Of a stretch of 32,000 nucleotides of DNA, positions 23,134 to 29,746 are shown piece by piece. How positions within the stretch are numbered: position 1 is the first letter of the stretch; each line of letters opens with the position of its first letter. The notes beneath the pieces are model-generated. The model had not been told where the DNA came from. It was given only the letters and a program-made list of their open reading frames with translations, and made no database searches. Position numbers and translations under genes: made by a program. Source of the DNA: Candidatus Saccharimonadota bacterium (GTDB lineage: Bacteria > Patescibacteriota > Patescibacteriia > 2-12-FULL-60-25); contig JALHOH010000002.1 in the NCBI GenBank assembly GCA_022843095.1, forward strand, positions 180,001 through 212,000. The letters are read 5' to 3'.

Positions 23134-23814
23134 TTACACGGTTCTGCCTGAGGCGATCACAAACCCATACACAGGCCGCGCGCCACTTGCACGCATAATC
23201 CGCGCCGCCTCTTGCAGGGTTGATCCTGTCGTCATGACGTCATCCACCAAAACGACCGGTCCATCCAAGGGACGCACAAGTCCAAACACCCCGTCGACGT
23301 TGGCATGGCGCAGCACATCAGACCCAAGGCGTGCTTGCGGAGGGACCTCTCGAACTCGTTCAAGCGCCGGCACAATAGGCGCCCAAGGCAACAATGTTCG
23401 CTGCACCCATTCCGCGATCCACATCGTATGATCTAACCCGCGCGCCTGTTTACGCGTTGCGTCCGATGGCAGCGGTACGATGGTAAGCGAGGACGCCCCC
23501 GCCCATGGCCAAGGCTCTGTGCGATGATCGCGCGTGATGCGCATCCATTCGGCAAGGGTGGGTCCAAGACAGGTCGCGCGATCGTATTTTATCGCTTTTA
23601 TGACGCGTTGTACCAATGGATGACCGTACGGAACACACGCCGCCACGCGATCTATTCCCGGGACAGGTGGAACGTCCTGTTGCAACGAAAAGACACTACC
23701 ATGGCAAGAAGGGCAGACCCATGCTCCCGACGCGTCGCACCCAACGCAAAACGGCGGGAAAAGGATATCCGCGATCCCCGTCCCGACGGCCTGCATCACA
23801 CGCGTGACCTGCAT
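23134..23814 (-). CDS. comF: ComF-family protein (ComFC-like phosphoribosyltransferase-fold competence protein)
   Basis: 226 aa. The N-terminal zinc ribbon is FCVGCDASGAWVCPSCHG. The C-terminal PRTase motif is VVLVDDVMTTGSTLQEA. Confidence 0.85.
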   Translation of the reverse strand: MQVTRVMQAVGTGIADILFPPFCVGCDASGAWVCPSCHGSVFSLQQDVPPVPGIDRVAACVPYGHPLVQRVIKAIKYDRATCLGPTLAEWMRITRDHRTEPWPWAGASSLTIVPLPSDATRKQARGLDHTMWIAEWVQRTLLPWAPIVPALERVREVPPQARLGSDVLRHANVDGVFGLVRPLDGPVVLVDDVMTTGSTLQEAARIMRASGARPVYGFVIASGRTV

Positions 23815-23823
23815 GGAAAAAGC

Positions 23824-24426
23824 TTACTCCATGCGTTCCAAGCGTGTCACTTGCCACCCCGCACCCACCGGCGCGAGCGTCACTTCATACCGCGCAATAT
23901 CCACGGGCGTGGCCAAGTTGTTTTCTTCGGTTGTGACGTGCGCCTCCACCGTCAGCAACACCTGCGCATTCCCCTTCACCGGCGCATTCGTAATGCGAGC
24001 GGCCAGGCCACGGACCGTACGAGCCCATGTTCCCGCTGTACGCGGATGAGCTTGCTGCAACGCAGTGCGCTCTGTCTCAAGAAAGGCCCGTACCGCCGTG
24101 GACGCATCCGCACTCCCCTGACGCATCGCTTCAAAATTATCGTAGTTACTGCCCGTTTGTGCCCGGGTCACAAAATCCAACGCAAACCGCTTCGCCGATT
24201 CGGCAAGCGCAAGCTCGCCCTGATCCACGGGAGCAGGTGGCGCAACCTTTGCAATCGCGGGAGCCGGCGTTTCGGGCACCTCCGGCTGAAGGGCCTGCGA
24301 GTTGATCGGCGGTGGCTGCGCGGGCGGATTCGCCGTGCGCCATAACGGTAACAGCACGAACACAATCGCAAAGATCACGGCACCGATCGCAAGCAAGATC
24401 AAAAAGATGGCAAGATAGCGTTTCAT
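23824..24426 (-). CDS. Bitopic membrane protein with a Pro-rich linker and a ~120-aa external domain (VirB8-like candidate)
   Basis: 200 aa. The N-terminal TM helix is YLAIFLILLAIGAVIFAIVFVLL, followed by the PPAQPPPINSQALQPEVPETPAP linker. The C-terminal alpha+beta domain ends YEVTLAPVGAGWQVTRLE. It lies 9 nt downstream of VirB4. Confidence 0.7.
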   Translation of the reverse strand: MKRYLAIFLILLAIGAVIFAIVFVLLPLWRTANPPAQPPPINSQALQPEVPETPAPAIAKVAPPAPVDQGELALAESAKRFALDFVTRAQTGSNYDNFEAMRQGSADASTAVRAFLETERTALQQAHPRTAGTWARTVRGLAARITNAPVKGNAQVLLTVEAHVTTEENNLATPVDIARYEVTLAPVGAGWQVTRLERME

Positions 24427-24435
24427 ACTGGAAGA

Positions 24436-26331
24436 TTACCCGGACTGCTGAGCTTGTTGAAATTTCTTGCGCTCTTCTTCGAGTTTCAGCAACTGTTGCG
24501 GGTTGGTCGTGACGATCTGATCCTCGGTGTAAGACGCAACGACCTGAATAGCCGCATGTTTTGCACCGGCAAAAAAGATCCCTTCACCCACCCCGGATTC
24601 CAGCAGCAAATATTTCTCCGATTGCGTCAGCAAAAACGTCCGCGCCACCAAATCAATCGCCGCCGGAGACTGCTTGAGCAACATCTGCATCGAGCTGTTC
24701 GTCACGATGGCCTGGCCATACGGCGAGGTCAAAAAGTCGTTCACGTCTTGAGTGATCGTCGTCACACCCAAGAAATACTTACGGCATCGCTTGACCAAGG
24801 CGAAGATAAACTTAGCAGAATCCTCGGATTGCATGAGCCACCACGCTTCGTCGATCACGAGAATGCGCTTTTTTCGTTCGCTGCGTACCACGTTCCAAAT
24901 GTAGTTGACGATGGTATAGATCGCCATTGGACGCAATTCGTCTTCCAAATCACGAACCGAGAAAATAACCAGTTGGTTGGTCATCTGCACCGTTGTCGGT
25001 GAATTGAGCAACCCCGAAAACGTCCCTTCCGTGTACTTTTTCAATTTCACGATCAGTTCAGCCGTCCCCTCCATCCCCTCCAAGATATCCTGAAAATCTT
25101 GCAAAATCGGCGGCTCCACGCGAGTTAAATCCGAACCGGGGACGATATCCTTCTTTGCGTACGTTTCAAGCAACGCACGATCCAAAATGGAATCCTCCGT
25201 CGTCGTGATTTTTCCCAGCATGAGACGCAACAATCCCTTAATCGTGATGACGGCGCTTCGAATGATGTCTTCGACGGCATACGCCTCACCTGTCGGACGC
25301 GGCAAGTCAAACGGGTTGATCTTGGATTTCGACGACAATGAGATATTAATATACGTCCCCCCAACCGCATCGGAAAGGTGCTTATACTCCATTTCCGGAT
25401 CGATAACGATCACATCCACGCCGACCATCATGGAACGAATGATCTCCAATTTCACGGTGTAGGACTTCCCTGCACCGGACGTGGCAAAAATCACCGCATT
25501 CGCATTTTGCAACGAAAACCGATCAAACAAGATGAGCGAGTTGTTGTGACGATTCACGCCGTACAAGATGCCGTTGTCGCTGGTCAGATCGGCGCTCGTG
25601 AACGGGAACGACGACGCAATCGGCGACGTGCTCATGTTAAAGGTGATCTGCAGTTCATCATTGCATACTGGCAAACACGAACTAAACCCCTGTTCCGCCT
25701 GAAAATAGGCACGGCGGGTGTAGATCAACATGGATCCGAACGTCCCTTCGACATTCGAGGAAAGCCGTTCAAGCTCTTCTTTATCCTTCGAATAAAACGT
25801 GCAATAAAAGGCGAATTGAAAAAAGTGTTCGATTCCTTGGGTCAGGTCATCTCGCAGCTGTTCGACGTCGCGAAGCGCCGTTTCCGTGATCGGATCGCGC
25901 GGCTTCCCGGATTCCGCATCCGTCGCAATCTGTGCTTCCAACACCCCCACTTTTTTCTTGAGCTGCTGCAAAATCACGTCCGCTTTGATGGGATAAAAGA
26001 ACATCGCAATATCCAGCTGCGCCGAAAGGTTGATAATCGGAGACGCCCATCCGACGGTGACATAGCGCGGATACGTAATGACAAACAGCGTTCGGCAAAA
26101 CACATCTCCAAGCCGCACATACGATGGCTCGATCTTCATCGACGCCGGCGCAATCAAATCCTTGATGCTTGCGACGCCGCGACGATAAATACGCTCTTCT
26201 TCAAGGGCGGTGCGCTCTTCTGCCTGCTTCTGTTTTTGCTGCAGCTTGGACGGACCACGCTGGAGCTTGACGCCGTCTTCCAAAATCTCGGAAACGCCGA
26301 CAGTTTTTTGGGGCTGTGTTTCAAAGGCCAT
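24436..26331 (-). CDS. virB4: VirB4/TraC-type type IV secretion ATPase, ATPase portion
   Basis: 631 aa. Walker A is FATSGAGKSYTVK. Walker B is RILVIDEAWWLM. The downstream LGVTTITQDVNDF motif is typical of VirB4/TrbE ATPases. Confidence 0.9.
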   Translation of the reverse strand: MAFETQPQKTVGVSEILEDGVKLQRGPSKLQQKQKQAEERTALEEERIYRRGVASIKDLIAPASMKIEPSYVRLGDVFCRTLFVITYPRYVTVGWASPIINLSAQLDIAMFFYPIKADVILQQLKKKVGVLEAQIATDAESGKPRDPITETALRDVEQLRDDLTQGIEHFFQFAFYCTFYSKDKEELERLSSNVEGTFGSMLIYTRRAYFQAEQGFSSCLPVCNDELQITFNMSTSPIASSFPFTSADLTSDNGILYGVNRHNNSLILFDRFSLQNANAVIFATSGAGKSYTVKLEIIRSMMVGVDVIVIDPEMEYKHLSDAVGGTYINISLSSKSKINPFDLPRPTGEAYAVEDIIRSAVITIKGLLRLMLGKITTTEDSILDRALLETYAKKDIVPGSDLTRVEPPILQDFQDILEGMEGTAELIVKLKKYTEGTFSGLLNSPTTVQMTNQLVIFSVRDLEDELRPMAIYTIVNYIWNVVRSERKKRILVIDEAWWLMQSEDSAKFIFALVKRCRKYFLGVTTITQDVNDFLTSPYGQAIVTNSSMQMLLKQSPAAIDLVARTFLLTQSEKYLLLESGVGEGIFFAGAKHAAIQVVASYTEDQIVTTNPQQLLKLEEERKKFQQAQQSG

Positions 26332-26343
26332 ACGTCTTCGAGA

Positions 26344-27045
26344 TTATTCTTCAAGTTGAAGTTGATTCGCATCGACCAGCCGCTGCGTATCGTACAGTTC
26401 CGGATTGTACACCGTGTAAAACAGTTCAATTAACGACTGCGTATCCAATTGAACCGCAGAAAGCGACATGCTGGAGAGCCCTTGCTGGATTTGACTCACG
26501 CGCAACCCAAGATCGAACTTCTCTTTCTTGAACCGTTCTTCTGAGACGCGAATGGCCCCGCCCGGGGTCAAAATTTCGCTCATTCGTTGAAAGAACCCTT
26601 TGCGTTCAGAGGTCGCCGGATTCAGGGGAACGACCACGAAAAACCGCTTCTGCATGATATCGCCCAGCTGCACCAGCTGTTTGATGAACGCGATGTAATC
26701 CTTGATCTGACGCTTCAACAGTTCATTTTGCGTTTCTTGATCGTGCGTCCGAACCTGCTGAAGATAGTTATCGATATTCATCTTCCGCGATTGGATGACG
26801 ATTTGAATAGGAAAATCGATCCCATTCAAAAACTGCATGTACGCTTGCACGATCGCATTTTGTTCATCGATGGATTTCAAAGAAAAGTTGATCGATGACA
26901 CCAGAAGGACGGCGCGAAGCGTTCCGTCCTTCATGATCACCGTGTCCTCTTTGATTTCCGCGATATCTAAATAGCGTTGGGTCGGTACCCCAGGCTTTGG
27001 TCCGGCGAGCTTCGCGCTTTGCATAGAATCACTCTTCTTCGGCAT
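26344..27045 (-). CDS. VirB4 N-terminal domain encoded as a separate ORF, in the same frame as the ATPase ORF and separated from it by one TAA
   Basis: 233 aa. LDIAEIKEDTVIMKDGTLRAVLLVSSINFSLKSIDEQNAIVQAYMQFLNGIDFPIQIVIQSRK resembles the N-terminal CagE/TrbE/VirB-type domain of VirB4 proteins. The coordinates 27045 and 26331 are congruent modulo 3. Confidence 0.75.
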   Translation of the reverse strand: MPKKSDSMQSAKLAGPKPGVPTQRYLDIAEIKEDTVIMKDGTLRAVLLVSSINFSLKSIDEQNAIVQAYMQFLNGIDFPIQIVIQSRKMNIDNYLQQVRTHDQETQNELLKRQIKDYIAFIKQLVQLGDIMQKRFFVVVPLNPATSERKGFFQRMSEILTPGGAIRVSEERFKKEKFDLGLRVSQIQQGLSSMSLSAVQLDTQSLIELFYTVYNPELYDTQRLVDANQLQLEE

Positions 27046-27463
27046 TATACACCCCTCCCGTATTTACCGTGAGCGCCAGGTCACGTAGGCGTGTGGATGA
27101 GGGGGCAATTTTCGCCGGTGGAGGTGGCGGCGGTACTTCAGCGGCACGTTGCGCCAATGCTTTTAACTCATAATCATTCAACCGCTTGTCCCAGACGCGC
27201 AACATCGGTCGGCTATATGTTTGCAAAAAATTCACGAAGAACAGATGGAATGGCTGACCGTTGATTTTGAGAAATGCGAACACCGCTGCAATCCCGACCG
27301 TCGGAAGCGCCGTCAAAATAAACGGCGCCAGGGTAAAAATGCTGTATTCGATGAACACGATGAAGGTCGCCGCAATGCAGATCAAAAACTGGCGCACGGT
27401 GATGGGCCCCAAAATCTTGTCTTCGCTGTCAATAAATTGCGGAACGATAAACTTTTCTGGCAT
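27029..27463 (-). CDS. PrgI-family (VirB3-like) small membrane protein
   Basis: 144 aa. The N-terminal signature is VPQFIDSEDKILGPITVRQFL, followed by two TM helices (ICIAATFIVFIEYSIF and FILTALPTVGIAAVFAFL). It overlaps the next gene by 17 nt. Confidence 0.75.
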   Translation of the reverse strand: MPEKFIVPQFIDSEDKILGPITVRQFLICIAATFIVFIEYSIFTLAPFILTALPTVGIAAVFAFLKINGQPFHLFFVNFLQTYSRPMLRVWDKRLNDYELKALAQRAAEVPPPPPPAKIAPSSTRLRDLALTVNTGGVYNAEEE

Positions 27464-27466
27464 AGG

Positions 27467-29038
27467 CTAGAGCTGGATACGGCTATTCAACTGAATCATC
27501 GCATTCACCTCTTCTGGCGATAAAGTCGCCGGATTACTCGCATGACGCTCTTCTACGAGTTGCGCAACGGGTTTGCCTGCTCCAAAGCTTTCAGCGACAA
27601 GACGCAGATATTCGGCTTGCATTGGGGAATTTCTCCAGGCCTGAATCCCCTCCGTCCATCGATCGAACGATTCTGATTCTAACGTCTTCAATTTTTGCCA
27701 AATGCGCTCTGCGGCATCGGCTGGGTTTTTGGCGAGCCGACGGAATTCAGCCACCGAGATTCCCGCCAATTCATCGGTGAGTCCCATTAACCGTTGAGGT
27801 GCTCGGACTGCATCCATCGCAAGCGATGACGTAGGCGCAGCTCCTGGGGTCGCGCCCTTTTGCATCCCCTGCTTCATGGCGGCAAAAATTGCCGCCGCCT
27901 GCGCTTCTGCAGATTGCGTCCCTTTCACCTTTTCCTGATACCACTTGGCATGCTCTTCACTGTCCCGCTTTCGACGATCTTCAATGATCTGTTTTTGCTG
28001 CTCGGTCACGGATTGAATGCGCTGCGTCTCTTCCGCAGTAATAAAATGCCGGTGCTCTTCGTAGGCCTTTTCTATCACATTCACGATCGTCTCCGCCTGT
28101 GCCTCGTCCAGTCCAAGACCACCCACCTTCACCTCGCGGGTTAGCATCTGCCGCACCTGAGAAGCATTACGCACATCGCGCAGCCGCGTACTTACCAACG
28201 TCTCCAAACGGCGTTGCAAAAACGGATCTGTCAGGGTTGAGGCAAGCGCTGTCATCGTTGCGTCAATCGCGGATTGCAGCGTTGCAAGTCCATGTTTTGG
28301 ACCGGTCGGACGCAACACCTCTTCCTCTGATGCATTTGCCGAAACAGATTCCATGGCCGCCTCGGCCTGCGCACGCACCTGGTCTTGGTAGGTTGCATAC
28401 CACTGGGCGTATTCTTGCTCGGAAAGCACGCGCACAGTTTGCAGCAATTGCTGCATGGCCCGCAAAAACGCCTCGGCCTGGTCTTGCGATAACCCAATCC
28501 CGCCATCTGATTGCCCCTTCACCAACACCTCACGAAATTGCTGCTCTGTGCGAATCCCTTTCACAAAAGACAAAAATCCGTCCCGCAAGCGCTGCGCGAT
28601 CACATCCGAAAGCAAACCGATCTTCGCCTGCCCCGCAATACGACGGATCGCTGCGCCATACGACAGAGGACGCAATGAAACGCGCGGGACGGTCGCGTAT
28701 TCTGCTGCCGAAACTCCCAGCTGCTGCAGACGCGCTTCCACATCCCAAAGGACTGCATCGGCAAGCGGCAAAATCAACCCCATCAACACCTTTTTTTCGA
28801 CATCTTTTGGGGAACGATCTCCTGCCACGGTCGCAAACCGCGCAGAGGCATCCTCCGGAGAAATATGCGCAAACAACACCTCCCACACCACATCCATCAC
28901 ACGATCCCACGCATCATGTTCGTAACCCAATGATTCCTGTACGACGCGCTCGCGTTCCGCCGTTGCCGGGTCAAGCAAATACGCCTGCACCGCCTCCGGT
29001 GCCTGCTCAAATGCTCGAACCCATGCATCGCGCGTCAT
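27467..29038 (-). CDS. Hypothetical 523-aa helical protein with an internal repeat (secretion-operon component of unknown function)
   Basis: No TM helix or signal peptide is visible. A GGAG motif lies about 11 nt upstream of the ATG. There are two copies of a ~40-aa motif ending GG[IL]GL[SD]xxQAE. Confidence 0.75.
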   Translation of the reverse strand: MTRDAWVRAFEQAPEAVQAYLLDPATAERERVVQESLGYEHDAWDRVMDVVWEVLFAHISPEDASARFATVAGDRSPKDVEKKVLMGLILPLADAVLWDVEARLQQLGVSAAEYATVPRVSLRPLSYGAAIRRIAGQAKIGLLSDVIAQRLRDGFLSFVKGIRTEQQFREVLVKGQSDGGIGLSQDQAEAFLRAMQQLLQTVRVLSEQEYAQWYATYQDQVRAQAEAAMESVSANASEEEVLRPTGPKHGLATLQSAIDATMTALASTLTDPFLQRRLETLVSTRLRDVRNASQVRQMLTREVKVGGLGLDEAQAETIVNVIEKAYEEHRHFITAEETQRIQSVTEQQKQIIEDRRKRDSEEHAKWYQEKVKGTQSAEAQAAAIFAAMKQGMQKGATPGAAPTSSLAMDAVRAPQRLMGLTDELAGISVAEFRRLAKNPADAAERIWQKLKTLESESFDRWTEGIQAWRNSPMQAEYLRLVAESFGAGKPVAQLVEERHASNPATLSPEEVNAMIQLNSRIQL

Positions 29039-29041
29039 ATG

Positions 29042-29746
29042 CTATTTTTCTCCGGCTCCCGTCGCCAACATTTTTAAAGCCGCAGGGATCCCTTTCCCAT
29101 CACGAATGGATTTCAGAAACGCCAGCACATCCACTTCAAACGGAGATCGATCATCTTCAACTGTTTTCAGAATTCCTTTTTCCAGCAGCTTCGCCTGCTT
29201 CACCGCTTCCGGCAAAAGCATGGTTTTTTGCGAATCCGTCAACAATCGTTCATGTTCATCGGCCTTCAATTGAAGTTGGATCAATTCAATCAAATGCGAT
29301 GTATGCAACACGGAAATCAATTCCGCACGATCCGTTGAAGAAAGACTTCCAAGTTGCCGAACGATCCGTTCAATAATGAGGAGATGCTCTTTAAACACTT
29401 CGCTCTTTTCGGAAGGATGTGGCCGCTCTGCGATCAGTAACGCATCCGTTAACGCTTCACGAAAAATACTTCCAAGCGCATCCGTGAACTCAATCTGCTG
29501 CACAGGATCAGGAAACAAAGATACAAGCTCATCCAATGATTTAACGAACAAAAGATTCCGCAGTGCCGGTTTGATTTGATCGTGTTTTCCATCCACCGTC
29601 AGCCCCTCACGCAACGACTTTTCCCAACCAAGAGGAGCGCTCCCCAGTGAACGCTCACCCGTCCGCAAGTCGCGCACTTCTCGTATCCCCGCTGCGTTTG
29701 GTTCTCCGAGCACCCCTTTTGATTTAAAGATACCCATAAAATGCAT
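29042..29746 (-). CDS. Hypothetical 234-aa soluble protein (secretion-operon component of unknown function)
   Basis: Its start shares one base with the upstream stop (TAATG). No TM helix is visible and I recognise no motif. Confidence 0.7.
   Translation of the reverse strand: MHFMGIFKSKGVLGEPNAAGIREVRDLRTGERSLGSAPLGWEKSLREGLTVDGKHDQIKPALRNLLFVKSLDELVSLFPDPVQQIEFTDALGSIFREALTDALLIAERPHPSEKSEVFKEHLLIIERIVRQLGSLSSTDRAELISVLHTSHLIELIQLQLKADEHERLLTDSQKTMLLPEAVKQAKLLEKGILKTVEDDRSPFEVDVLAFLKSIRDGKGIPAALKMLATGAGEK

Noticed and set aside
23524-29376. Long plus-strand ORFs (23524-24345, 273 aa; 25378-26433, 351 aa; 28099-29376, 425 aa) opposite the secretion operon
   Set aside because: All are extremely Arg/His/Pro-rich and overlap minus-strand genes with clear motifs (ComF, VirB4) or tight operon coupling. 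They are shadow ORFs.
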